A stretch of 64,000 bases of DNA, from contig NC_086097.1 in assembly GCF_963921235.1 (NCBI RefSeq), forward strand, positions 176,516,001 through 176,580,000. Reading direction: 5' to 3'. Source of the DNA: Mobula hypostoma (taxonomy: Eukaryota). The notes beneath the pieces are model-generated. The model was not told where the DNA came from. It did no database searches and saw only the letters and a list, made by a program, of their open reading frames with translations. This document shows positions 11,171 to 23,790 of this stretch, piece after piece. The position numbers were made by a program, and so were the translations under genes. The first letter of the stretch is position 1, and each line of letters opens with the position of its first letter.

Positions 11171-14100
11171 CACCTCTTCCTACAGATGCCTGGCCTGCTG
11201 CGTTCACCAGCAACTTTGATGTGTGTTGCTTGAATTTCCAGCATCTGCAGAATTCCTGTTGTTTGAAATTACAGTGGTATGAGAGAGGAGTTGGCTAAAG
11301 TAAATTGGAACGAGGTGGTGTAGGGATGACAGCAGAGCAGCAATGGCATGAGTTTCTGGGAAAAATGAGGAAGGTGCCGGATATTGCAGATATATTCCAA
11401 AAACAAAGAAATACTCAAATGGCAAAATAGTACATACTGGCTGACAACGAATATCAAAGCTAATGTAAAAGCTAAAGAGAGGGCACACAACAAAGCAAAA
11501 ATTAGTGGGAAGGCAGAGGATTAGGAAGGTTTTAAAAATCTATAGAGAGCAACTAAAGGAGTCATTAGGAGGGAAAAGATGAAATATGAAAGCAAGCTAG
11601 CAAACAATATCAAAGTGGATGTTAAAAAGCTTTTTAAGTGTGTGGGGGAAAAAAAAGTAAGAGAGATGAGAGTGGGTATAGGACCACCAGAAAATGAGGC
11701 TGGAGAAATAACAGGGACAAGAAAATGGCAGATGAACTAAATGAGTATGTTGCATCAGTCTTCACTGTGGAAGATACTAGCAGTGTGCCAGATGTTGAAG
11801 GGTGTGAGGAGAGAGAAGTGAGCGCAGTTACTATTACAAGGGAGAATGTGCTCAAAAAAACTAAAAGACCTAAGGGTACATAAGTCACCCAGGTCAGATA
11901 AACTGCACTGTGAGGTTCTGAAAGAGGTAGTGTTAGAGATTGTGGTGGCATTAGAAATGATCTTTCAAAAATCATTGGACTGTGACATGGTACAAATATC
12001 ACTCCACTCTTTAAGAAAGGAGGATGGCAGCAGAAAAGAAGCCATAGACCAGTTAGCCTGACCTCAGTGGTTGGGAAGCTGCTGGAATCAATTGTTAAGG
12101 ATGAGTTTATGGAGTACTTGGTGACTCAGGACAAGATAGGACAAAGTCAGCATGCTTTCCTTAAGGGAAAATCTTGCCTGATGAACTTGTTTTGAATTCT
12201 TTGAGGAGATTACAAGTAGGATATTCAAAGGGGATGCAGTGGATATTGTATATTTGGACTTTCAGAAGGCCTTTGAAAAGTTGCCATACATGAAGCTGCT
12301 TACCAACTTAAGGGACCATGGTATTACAGGAAAGTTACTGGCATGGTTAGAGCATTGGCTGATTGATAGGAGGCAGCGTGAGTGAATAAAAGGATCCTTT
12401 TCTGGTTGGCTGCCAGTGACTAGTGGTGTTCCACAGGGGTTGGTGTTGGGAGTGCTTCTCTTTAGGCTGTATATCAATGACTTAGATGATGGACTAGATG
12501 GCTTTATTACCAAGATTGTAGATGATACAAAGATTGGAGAGGGGCATGAAGTTTTGAGTAAACAGGTTGACTGCAGGAGGACTTAGATGAGGACAATGGG
12601 TAAGAAAGTGGCAAATGAAATACAATGTTGGAAAATGCATGATCATAGACTTCTGTAGAAAGAATAAATGTGTGGACAATTTTCTAAATGTGGAGAAAAT
12701 CCAAAAATCTGAGATGCAAAGGGATTTGGGATTCCTTGTGCAGAACAACCTGAAGGTTAACTCGTTGATAGTCAGTTGTGAGGAAGGCAAATGCAATGAT
12801 GGCATTCATTTCAAACAGGTCAAGAAATCAAGAGCAGGGATATGATGCTGAGGCTTTATAAGGCACTAGTGAGTCCTAACCTTGGGTATAACGAACAGTT
12901 TTGGGCTGCTCATCTAAGAAAAGATGAGCTGGCATTGGAGAGAGTCCAGAGGAGGTTCACAAGGATGATTTCGGGAATGAAAGAGTTATCATATGAGGAA
13001 CATTTGCTAGCTCTGGGTCTGTACTAGCCAGAATTTAGAAGGCTGACCGGTGGTGGGGGGGGGGGGGTAGTATCTCATTGAAACCTTTTGAATGTTGATA
13101 GGGTTGACATGGTAGTTGTGGAAAGGATGGTTCCCATGATGGGGGAGTCTAGGACAAGAGGTCACAGCCTCAGGGTGGAAGGGTGTCCATTTAAAACAAA
13201 GATACAGGGAAATTACTTTAGGCAGAGGGTAGTGAATTTGTGGAATTTATTACCTCTGGCAGCTGTAGAGGGTTAGGTTGTTGGGTGTATTTAAGGCAGA
13301 GCTTGATAGATTCTTGAAGGTTATGGGGAGAGGGCTGGGGATTGGGGCTGAGGAAGGGAAAAGAAAGGATCAGCCATGATTGAATGGTGGAGCAGAGTCA
13401 ATGGGTCAAATGGCCTAATTCTGCACCTATGTCAATGGTCTTGTGGTCTTCACACCCGCTTCATGGAGGCATTGTGCCAGGAAGCGTTTCTGTGGCTGCC
13501 CCAGGTGTGTTTCTGTAAAATGAAGCTCCCCATCCCAGAGCACTGATAGTTGAGGAGCTGGCAGTGGTAAAGCCAAATACAAGGGGGTGAGACATTCTTA
13601 TGGAGGTGAGCTGACCATAATTATATAGTATACTTCCAGAGCAGATAAAAAAAAATTCTGAATAAAAGGTATAAATATTGAGTTCTGGAGAATATTTAAG
13701 TTTTCTATTTGCAAACACTTTGACTTTAATTCTCATTGACACCAGGAACACCTGCTCAATTATTGGCTTCATTCAAGATCTCCTCTTGCCAGTGTGGAAC
13801 CTAAATTAGAAATAAGAGGAAGGAATCCTTCTCTCATAGTCACACTGAATTAAATTAATTTATAATCTTCAGACAGTGTGATCTAATTTAGAACACCTGG
13901 AAATTTGTAGCTCCAAATCATAATTTACAATGTCACAGCAAATAGAACCATTTTGAAATTTCTACTAAGCATACCAAGGCATTCTGTATCTGACATGTCA
14001 GCTGACAATTCATTCTTCTGGATTCCAGGAGAGCTTTCTGTTTGCTGAACTGTGTTCCCTTTCTAACAATTCCCTGCAGCCAGTGTAACCCAGGCAAGGT

Positions 14101-14875
14101 CTACATGAGCTGTCACTATTGTAGGTTTACCTACAGTATGGTCCCCATATTCAAGAAAGTATATCATAGCATTGGGAGCAGTCCAGAAGAAATTTGTGAG
14201 GTTAACTCCTGGGATGAGAGGGTTATCCTGTTACCTAAGACTACAGAAGCTGGAATTTAGAAATCGGGCTGATCTTAGAGAGTCAGAGTATCATACAGCA
14301 CAGAAATAGACCCTTCATCCCAGCTGGTCCATGCTAACCAAGATGACCATTTAATCTAGTCCCATATCCCACTAAACCTGTCTTGGACTTTATTTGCCTC
14401 AACTTGCACTGATGTTATTATCTCTATGTTTGTTTAATTTGTCATGTAAGTTTTGTATAATTTATGTTAATGAGTGTAGGTAATTTATGATTGTCATGTT
14501 TGTAATGAACTGAGTTGCTGCTACTCCTGTAAACCCAGATGTTTATGGTATTTATTACCTGGGTCTGTATGCTACGAGAATAAACCTGCCTTTGATCTTG
14601 ACTTATCTATCCTTTTACCTGTCAAAATGTCTTTTAAGTGTTATTGAACCTGCCTCAACCACGTCCAATCTCTGATCCAGAAACTATAAGATCATAAAGG
14701 AGATTGAGGGCATTGATATCAAAATGCTTTACAAGTCCTGAATGAAGGAACATCATTACTAGAAAATGAGGTAGTGATTTAAAACTGAGGTCAAGGTGAG
14801 AGAGCGAGACTTCCAAGTCCATGGCAAATATTGGCCACTTATTTTTATAAAAATTCTATCTGACCCATCTTAGTC

Positions 14876-15110
14876 TCTCCCACATGCCCATCAGCTCCTC
14901 CTAGATTCTACCAATCATCAATACACTAGTGCAAATTATTAGTGGCCAGTTAGTCTATCACCCTTAGGATAGATGAGGAGAATGGAGTATCAGGAGGAAA
15001 CCCACAAAATCACAGGGAAAGCATGCAAACTCTACGCAGAAAACAACGAGATCAGGATTGCCCCGGGCCTCTGGCACAGTGAAGCAGCAACTCTAGCACT
15101 GTGCCACCCT
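14876..15110 (-). mobile_element. tRNA-derived V-SINE-type element
   Basis: Minus strand: tRNA-like head (gggtggcacagtg...) then V-domain-like gagtttgcatgctttccctgtg...gggtttcctcc. Confidence 0.7.
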
Positions 15111-15324
15111 AAAGAACAGCCAGAGTATGTAATTTCTGTGCTTTTTATAGATCAAGGATCAAAGTAAATTTATTATCAAAGTATGTATATGTTACCATAT
15201 ACTACTTTTGAGATTCATTTGCTTGAAGACACACAGAAAAAAAGGAATATAATAAAACTTTTACGAAGAACCACATAAACTAAGGCTGACAGACAACTGA
15301 TGATGCCAACTCATTTACATTATT

Positions 15325-15553
15325 CCCAGATTCCCATCAACTACTCCAGATTCTGCAACTCACCCATATACTATGGGAATTTACAGCAGCCAATCCACCT
15401 AATGACCCATGTGTCTTTGGGATGTGGCAGGAAACTGGAGCACCTGGGGGACATTCATGCAGTTGCAAGGTGACAAATCCACACATAGAGGCACAGATTG
15501 CAGCCAGATCTCGGGAGCTGCGAGACAGCAGCTCTACCAGCTGCACTACTATT
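15325..15553 (-). mobile_element. tRNA-derived V-SINE-type element
   Basis: Minus strand ggtgctccagtttcctgccacatcccaaagac core; similar to 14876-15110. Confidence 0.7.
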
Positions 15554-15989
15554 CTCCTCAGAGGAAGGAGTGTAGGCATCTTTTCTCATGAAGGGCAATG
15601 CCTCTCCAGGTTGATGTATTGGGATCAGTAGATGGCTCAGGGCCTGTACTCACTGGAGCTTAGAACAATGAGGGAAATCTCATTGAAACCTACTGAACAT
15701 TGAAATGCCTAGCTTTGTATTGTGTTTAGTGATTGCCCAAGTGCAGAGGGAGAGATACACTGGCAGAGTGAGTAACTCACAAAGGTTTCATAAGAATGGT
15801 ACAGAACCAATGGAAAAACAATAAATGCTAGGCCAATGGGGCTGCTGGATATAACGTTTAAACTAAAATCTAATGCCGTCCCTTTGGCTTGGTAGTAGTA
15901 ACTTAATACTGAACTAATACTGCTCCTTTGCAGCGTCGATCTAAATTGTAATCTTCTTTCCTGGAACCTGGAGAAACAGGGAGCATTGC

Positions 15990-16935
15990 TGTAGTGTGTT
16001 CAATATTTCAGTAATATCTGAGTAATTTTGTAAGTATATTGTTTGATTAAGCATCTTTGTTTACATAATTCATTACAGGTTATACGTAAGAAGTACATGA
16101 ATGGCATATGTTATTACACCACCATGTTACATGTGATAATCTCACTGAAAAGAAGAAACAGAGTAGACAATTATCCCAGCTCTTGTGTTTTTCTTTTGAG
16201 TAGCTTTTGGAATTTCAAAACATAACAGTGGCGACAAGGAAGTTTTAAAATGAACCCAAGATGACTGCCTACTTGTTGAAATGCAGTATGTTTTCTTCAG
16301 AAAGACCCAGAGAGAATACAGATATTTAAGTTTAAAAAAAAGCACAGCACATTTTTCTTAAGAAGTGGAGAGAGACATTTGAGTTAAAAAAGCACAGCGC
16401 CATTTTTTTCTGAATGGAAGAGAGATATTCAAGTTCAAAAAGAGGCAGAAAATTGACAAAATTAACAAGCAATGGGTATGGCCACAGGTTCATAAACAGT
16501 GAGTACCGGATAAATTAAAGAAAAGCAGAAAAGGCTGGCTACATCAGAAAGATAGACATATTCAATTGTACAACAGATAACTGGATGATGTACACTGAAC
16601 GAATTGAGCAGTATTTGAAGCAAATGAAATAGCCAATGAAAATCAATTGTCAGTATTGCTGAGCGCAATTGGTGGAAAAACATACATTTCGCTTAGAAGG
16701 TTGACAGCTCCAACCAAACCAGTTGAAATGAGCTTTGCTGATATCATGAACATAATGCAGGAACATTTAGAGCTGAAACCATTTTTGATTGCATAATGTC
16801 CTGGATCTCATAAGAGGAATTAAAAAGAAGGAGTCCATTTCAGCTTATGTGGCTGAATTGAAGACATTGTTTGAGCATTGTTAGTTCAGTGATGGGCTTA
16901 ATGATGCACTGACAGATTATTTAATTTGAGTAATC
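15990..16935 (+). mobile_element. Gypsy LTR retrotransposon 5' remnant: LTR (15990-16227), PBS (16229-16240), degenerate gag (from about 16531)
   Basis: TG...AACA then TGGCGACAAGGA (11/12 match to the complement of the tRNA-Ser(GCU) 3' end); gag-like AGYIRKIDIFNCTTDNWMMYTERIEQY...LAELKTL. Confidence 0.8.
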
Positions 16936-17390
16936 TGCCCAATTATCAGCAGCACATACCTGTTGCACGAAAGGTCCCAACACACCAGATCACTGATACA
17001 CTATGATAAGGAGTGCCCATCATTTCCTCCCGAGACTGCATGGCAAGTCAGATCATTTGGCTGTACTTCTGCCACCTGAATACAGACAGAGCCTAAAAAG
17101 CAAGGCTTCAGAGATCAAGACAACTAAGAGGTGTTCATGGCAGGCAGCGGAACGGTTACAGGATTGCCTTGAATCAGTGGACTAGGCCATGTTCAAAAAC
17201 TCATAGGAGGACCTGAATGACTACACTAAGTTCATTACAGACTTTATTAAAACAGCTGTGGATGAGTGATGTCGCCACAAAATTGTTCAAAATTGTTCAT
17301 TCAGAAGCCCTGGATAAACAATGATATCTGGAATTTGCTGAGAGCCAAATCAGAGGAATTCAAGTCTGGAGATGACGAATGCTACAAGAG

Positions 17391-19384
17391 GGCTACGGTA
17401 GGAGACTTTGTCACATGGTGTGAGCAGAATTATCTGCAGCTTAATGTGAAAAAGACCAAGGAGCTGGTGGTAGACCTGAGGAGAGCTAAGGTACCAGTGA
17501 CCCCTGTTTCCATCCAGGGGGTCAGTGTGGACATGGTGGAGGATTACAAATACCTGGGGATACGAATTGACAATAAACTGGACTGGTCAAAGAACACTGA
17601 GGCTGTCTACAAGAAGGGTCAGGGCCGTCTCTATTTCCTGAGGAGACTGAGGTCCTTTAACATCTGCCGGACAATGCTGAGGATGTTCTACGAGTCTGTG
17701 GTGGCCAGTGCTATCACGTTTGCTGTTGTGTGCTGGGGCAGCACGCTGAGGGTGGCAGACACCAACAGAATCAGCAAGCTCATTCGTAAGGCCAGTGATG
17801 TTGTGGGGATGGAACTGGACTCTCTCACGGTGGTGTCTGAAAAGAGGATGCCGTCTAAGTTGCATGCCATCTTGGTCAATGTCTCCCATCCACTACATAA
17901 TGTACTGGGTGGACACAGGAGTACATTCAGCCAGAGAATCATTCCACCAAGGTGCAGCACAAAGCATCATAGGAAGTCATTCCTGCCTGTGGCCATCAAA
18001 TTTTACAACTCCTCCCTTGGAGGGTCAGACACCCTGAGCCAATAGGCTGGTCATGGATTTATTTCATAATTTACTGGCATAATTTACATATTACTATTTA
18101 ACTATTTATGGTTCATCAATGGACTTCAGTAAGGCCTTTGACAAGGTCCCGCATGGGAGGTTAGTTAGGAAAATTCAGTCGCTAGGTATACATGGAGAGG
18201 TGGTAAATTGGATTAGACATTGGCTCAATGGAAGAAGCCAGAGAGTGGTGGTAGAGAATTGCTTGTCTGAGTGGAGGCCTGTGACTAGTGGTGTGCCACA
18301 GGGATCAGTGCTGGGTCCATTGTTATTTGTCATCTATATCAATGATCTGAATGATAATGTGGTAAATTGGATCAGCAAATTTGCTAATGATACAAAGATT
18401 GGAGGTGTAGTAGACAGTGAGGAAGGTTTTCAGAGCCTGCAGAGGGACTTGGGCCAGATGAAGAAATGGGCTGAAAAATGGCAGATGGAGTTTAATACAG
18501 ACAAGTGTGAGGTATTGCACGTTGGAAGGACAAACCAAGGTAGAACATACAGGGTTAATGGTAAGGCACTCAGGAGTGCAGTAGAACAGAGGGATCTGGG
18601 AATACAGATACAAAATTCCCTAAAAGTGGCGTCACAGGTAGATAGGGTCGTAAAGAGAGCTTTTGGTACATTGGCCTTTATTAATCGAAGTATTGAGTAT
18701 AAGAGCTGGAATGTTATGATGAGGTTGTATAAGGCATTGGTGAGGCCGAATCTGGAGTATTGTGTTCAGTTTTGGTCACCAAATTACAGGAAGGATATAA
18801 ATAAGGTTGAAAGAGTGCAGAGGAGGTTGACAAGGATGTTGCCAGGACTTGAGAAACTCAGTTACAGAGAAAGGTTGAATAGGTTAGGACTTTATTCCCT
18901 GGAGTGTAGAAGAATGAGGGGAGATTTGATAGAGGTATATAAAATTATGATGGGTATAGATAGAGTGAATGCAAGCAGGCTTTTTCCACTGAGGCAAGGG
19001 GAGAAAAAAACCAGAGGACATGGGTTAAGGGTGAGGGGGGAAAAGTTTAAAGGGAACATTAGGGGGGGCTTCTTCACACAGAGAGTGGTGGGAGTGTGGA
19101 ACGAGCTGCCAGACGAGGTGGTAAATGCGGGTTCTTTTTTAACATTTAAGAATAAATTGGACAGATACATGGATGGGAGGTGTATGGAGGGATATGGTCC
19201 GTGTGCAGGTCAGTAGGACTAGGCAGAAAATGGTTCGGCACAGCCAAGAAGGGCCAAAAGGCCTGTTTCTATGCTGTAGTTTTCTGTGGTTCTATGGTTC
19301 TATTACTACTTATTATTTGTGGTGCAACTGTAACAAAAACCAATTTCCCCTGGGATCAATAAAGTATGACTATGACTATGACTA
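17391..19384 (+). mobile_element. Young Rex-Babar LINE, 5'-truncated, (TATGAC)n tail, itself interrupted by a CR1
   Basis: LQLNVKKTKELVVD, YKYLG, RLYFLRRL; near-identical to 57612-58316 on the minus strand. Confidence 0.88.
18115..19292 (+). mobile_element. Young 5'-truncated CR1 with an uninterrupted 365-aa RT C-terminal ORF (18119-19216); catalytic FADD reads FAND
   Basis: Stop-free ORF; TSD tatggttc at 18107-18114 and 19293-19300. Confidence 0.92.
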
Positions 19385-21756
19385 GGTGCAGGTATGATTT
19401 CTGGAAAGCCATCTCATGAGTGAAGTGGTGATTCTGAACTAGACTGGAATCAATGAGGGATGCTGTGGCAGGGTTTGAATGCCATAACCTCCTACAAAGT
19501 TAAATCTTGTGACATAGGGGACAGCAGATCTTCACTTCCAGATGAGCTCAATGCCTTCTATGCTTGTTTTGATCACCAGGACAGGGAGGAACTATTGTGC
19601 ACTCCCACGTTGTCTGATGATCCTTTGGTCTCAGCATCTGAAGAGGACATGCAGGCTGCCTTCAAGAGAGTGACTCCAAGGAAAGCATCCAGTCTGGACA
19701 GAGTACCTGGCCGAGTACTGAAGACCTGTGCAGACCAGCTGGCTGGTGTATTCATGGATATCTTCAACCTCTCGCTCCAGCAGTGTGTGGTACCCATCTG
19801 CTTCAAGCAGGCTTCCAACATACTGGTGCCCAAGGACAGCATGCTAACCTGTCTAAATGACTATCGCCCAGTGGCACTCAGATCCACAGTGATAGAGTGT
19901 TTTGAAAGGCTGGTGTTGAAGAAGATCAGTTCCTATCAGAGTGGTGACTTGGATCTGCTCAAATTTGCCTATCAAACCAACAGGTCCACAGCAGGTGCTA
20001 TCTCATTGACTCTTCACACAACCCTGGAACAACTGAACACACCCTGACTGGACAAGGCCGGGATTTGCACTGGACTGCTGGCTGGAGCTGGCTTGTCAGC
20101 CCTTGAAGGCAGGACTATGTTTGCTGAAGGCTACAGGTTAACCCGGACAGAAGTCTCCCCTGCGCCCCCCCCACCCCCATCGGCCCCTGGTCTCAGGAGA
20201 GTCTGGGGGTCAGAACACCAATCTGAAAACATATCTTCTTACAGTGACCGGTCCATGCAATGATCCTCCCTTCCTTCCAGTTCGTGGAAAGATTATGCGG
20301 ATACAGCCAAGAGTGCCTGAGGGTCAGGGATATCAGAGGAGACTCAGTGATATAGAAACTAATGTCCCCCACATAATCCTCTATCCTCACCCACAAGACC
20401 CATGTCTGCTGCTGGATCTGACTAGAACCAAGCAGACGGCCATTCAGGACAGTGGCGGGCATGGGCTGGCTCAACTCCAGCAGCAGTCTGTTGAGCTGAC
20501 GGGCGGTCCCCAGGTCCAGGAAATTTCCAGCAGCCTCAAAGTCCAATAAAGCATTCACCTCTCACCTCGGTTCATACCGCAGGACATCTCTGCCCTCAGC
20601 ATGGCACCAAAATCCACGAGGTACCATCACTGTCCTCCCAACACCGGGTGGCCTTAAAAGTTCTCCCGACATCCGCAGGTGACCTGCTTCCCTGCAGTAA
20701 CAGCAGCAGCTTCGACACCAACACTGGAACCTCTCATTGGCGGATTTGCATGGGCCTGACAAGATCCTGAGCAGGAGAAGGGCTGGTCATGGTCTGAGAT
20801 CAGGGAGTGGAACAACGATGCATTGAGCCCAGGCTCAGGCTAGCCCTCTTCAACCCCTTGATATAGACCCACTTACACTCTGCTGGACAAATGGATTGGT
20901 TAATCAGAACCTCTAAGTCCTCTGCTGGCCCTCCCAAGGCGAGGGAATCCTGCAGTTCGTCTCAGAGTCTGTGGTGGTATAAAGTGACCAAGGCCTCCCC
21001 GTTCCAGTCACTCCCTTGGGCCAATGTTCAAAACTTAAATAGCATAGTCGACCCTGTCGAATCCTTGAGACGGCCTGAGGCTTGGCTGGCTCCGGCAGGG
21101 TGATGAAACATCTTCCTCATAGCGGCCATGAATTCATCCACATCTTAGCAAACCTCCGATCTTCGTTCACAATGCAGCTTTGTCCAGGCCAGGGCTCTTC
21201 CAGTCAGAAGAGAAATAATGAAGGCCAAAGGGAACCGGAACGGCTAGAGTTTGAACACTAATGAGCATTGGATGAGGAAGCTGTGGCAAGAACCCAGGTC
21301 ACTGTTGCATCTCCGGGGTTGAAAGATGTCGTTCCCCAGAACGACTGACTAGCTCTCCTAAATGACTCTAGCTTCTTTCTTGTAAAAGTTGACAAATGAC
21401 TACCTGGAGGTTTTGTGTCTCCAGGTTCTGTCTGGAAATCTCACTGTGGCTGGTCACAGCAGACAAAAGACTGATATCTTGCTGGGTCTATACTGGCTCA
21501 ATCGTACTGTTTTGAGAGTCCTAGATGAGGATGGTTCGGACCCAAATGCTGGGGACCCAAGGCTAGGATCGAGACATGGAATAAAACTCGACTGAGAACT
21601 GAGCACAAAACAAAACGCTAGGTGATATCGCTGAGGCTGTATTCAGATACTCTTTAAATACTCAATTTTTGACGCCCAAAACATGACTGACAATTAGCAG
21701 GGTGGTCTTGAATCTTAAATAGCTATTCATATTCTGGAGAGTTAGAGCATTTAAAC

Positions 21757-22994
21757 CAGCGGTCCCCAACCACCGGGCTGCGGACTGGTACTGGGCCGCA
21801 AAGCATGTGCTGCCGGGCCGCGAGGAAATGATATGATTTGGCGATAGGAGTCAGCTGCACCTTTCCTCATTCCCTGTCACGCAGTGTTGAGCTTGAACGC
21901 ATGCGCGGTCATTACCCTTGCGTTATCCACGTCAGCGCGGGAAGGAGATCAACTCCTCCAGCTTGCAAATGACAGTGGGCTGAAAAGTATGTTTGACATA
22001 ACATCTCTGCCGGTACTCTGGATCAAAGTCAAGGCTGAATATCCTGAGATAGCCACGAAAGCACTGAAAACATTGCTTCCATTTCCAACATATCTCTGCG
22101 AAGCGGGGTTTTCTGCAATGAATGCAACGAAAACTAAATTGTGGAATAGGCTGGACATAAAGAACCCCCTTCGAGTATCGCTGTCTCCCATCACCCCTCG
22201 ATAGGACCGTCTTGTTGCAGGAAAACAAGTATTCAGCCCAGGTCTCCCACTGATTCAGCGATATTGGTGCATGCGTTGCAATGATTTTATATGTCCATAC
22301 GGGGAAAACATGCGCTGTGTGTTTAATATCCAAACGTTACTTAAAATGTTATGATGCTATTGACTTATAAGTGACTTATATAACCATATAACAATTACAA
22401 CATGGAAACAGGCCATCTCTGCCCTTCTAGTCCATGCCAAGTGCTACTCTCACCTAATCCCACCGACCTGCACCAGCCCATAACCCTCCATTCCTTTCCT
22501 GTCCATATACCTATACAATTTAATTTTAAATAATAATATCGAACCTGCCTTTACCACTTCTACTGGAAGTTCGTTCAACACTTACTTCAAGCTCCCCTGA
22601 CCTCCCCTGATAATTGACTTATCACTATATTCATGCGAGGAAAATATGTGCTGTGTGTTTAATAGTAAATTCACTAGATAAACCCTTTTAGAAACGAAAT
22701 TGAGTATATTAGCCACATATTACCTATATTCCAGCCGTGATCACCCCCCCACCCCGGAACAGAATCGCCAAAAACAATTTGTAGAAAAAAATCGGCACAT
22801 ATACGCATGCGCACTGGCGCCCGTGCAAGGCTTCATGGTCATTGCAGTCTTTCTTGGGGTAAACACAACGCATTTGGCTGCTACTCTTGTCCGTTGGCAA
22901 CCCTATGCACCCCCCCGCCCCAAGGTCGGCCAGTCCGCAAGAATATTGTCAATATTAAACCGGTCCGCCGTACAAAAAATGTTGGGGACCCCTG
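21757..22994 (+). mobile_element. hAT-Charlie/Buster DNA transposon, internally deleted, retaining the transposase C-terminal dimerisation domain (21884-22204)
   Basis: 14-bp TIRs cagcggtccccaac / gttggggacccctg (1 mismatch); 8-bp TSD atttaaac/atctaaac; EYPEIATKALKTLLPFPTYLCEAGFS. Confidence 0.92.
22378..22580 (-). mobile_element. CR1 3' end inside the hAT element
   Basis: Reverse-complement similarity to 19100-19292 (gaacgaacttccagtagaagtggtaaaggcagg...; tail ttatatgg). Confidence 0.7.
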
Positions 22995-23262
22995 ATCTAA
23001 ACCGCGGAAGCAGGCATGGTCGGGTGTGTGTTGTAACAATGGGACTCCCTACTCAGGAAGGTTGGAATGGTTAGATTATTATGTGTATTTAGAAGCGAGG
23101 TAGAAAATGACTGGGGAATTGAGGGCAATGGAGAATTGGCACAGGAGAAGAGTTGAGGCCTGGGGCAGTTCCCCCCATAATTGTCTTGAATAGTGAGGCA
23201 GGCTATTTCTTACTGTTCTGCTTATATAAGAAGTGATTAATTCTAGTCATCTCATTTACACT

Positions 23263-23790
23263 GAACATAGAACATAGATCATCACAGCATAGGAACATGC
23301 CTTTTGGCCTACAATGTTGTGCCACAGTAATTAAACTGGCAATTAAATCCTAGTAAACTGATCCCTTCTGCCTACACAAAGTACATATCCTTCCATTTCT
23401 TGTACATTTGTGTGCCTATATAAGAACATCGTGCATGCCTCTATTGTATCTACATCCACCACCCCCGGCAGTGCGTTCTAGGCACCCACCACTTTCTATG
23501 TACATACCTTGCCAGACACATCTACTTTGGCCATACCTCCTCTCACCTTAAAAGCTATTATACCCTGATATAATGCATTTCAATCCTGGGAAACAAAGAT
23601 GTTGGCTGTCTACTCTATTTATGCCTCTCATAATCTTACAGACTTCTATTAGGTCATCCCTGAGCCTCCCCCGCTCCAGAGAAAACATTCCAAATTTGTG
23701 CAACCTCTCCTTATATCTCATGCCCTCATATCCAGGCAGCATTCAGGTGAATCTCTTCTGCTCCCACCACAAAACCTCCATGACTTCCAC
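23263..23790 (-). mobile_element. CR1 3' fragment
   Basis: MLPGYEGMRYKERLHKFGMFSLE; (TTCTATG)-type tail. Confidence 0.8.

Larger units (their letters stand above)
9354..11264 (+). mobile_element. Penelope-like element, 5'-truncated (RT + GIY-YIG endonuclease + 3' hammerhead region)
   Basis: RT motifs MDVQSLYTSIP, GVAMGT, YIDD; GIY-YIG GVMYC..LYIGKT.R; TSD gaaattac at 9346-9353 and 11265-11272; CpG-rich, so young. Confidence 0.93.
6953..13450 (+). mobile_element. CR1 LINE (family C), ORF1 esterase + ORF2 APE-RT, disrupted by a solo LTR and a Penelope insertion
   Basis: ORF 6967 (IGNS...HIGTND), ORF 8602 (AITELWL, YRPPN), RT fragments 11846-13276; colinear with 35530-43630. Confidence 0.9.
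16938..20036 (+). mobile_element. Old Rex1 LINE (APE C-terminus to RT N-terminus), split by nested insertions
   Basis: HGKSDHLAVLL (APE); LPDELNAFY, DIFNLSL, LNDYRPVAL (RT); empty site comparable to 31620-31670. Confidence 0.85.
20045..23038 (-). mobile_element. Gypsy (Sushi/PEG10-like) LTR retrotransposon 5' half: LTR (23038-21508, split by hAT), gag, zinc knuckle, protease
   Basis: Minus translations CHSFLIQCSLVF..AFIISLLTGRALAW, CCYCREAGH, ALLDFEAAGNFLD; LTR termini TGTTAC...AAACA. Confidence 0.82.

Noticed and set aside
13461..13772. 103-aa ORF or exon in unique sequence
   Set aside because: No recognisable protein and no convincing splice-site pair
17266..18045. 259-aa ORF as a novel fusion protein
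   Set aside because: Chance in-frame junction of an old Rex1 and an inserted Rex-Babar at about 17391
21884..22204. Domesticated ZBED/SCAND3-like gene
   Set aside because: Short fragment inside TIRs and TSD, with no catalytic core
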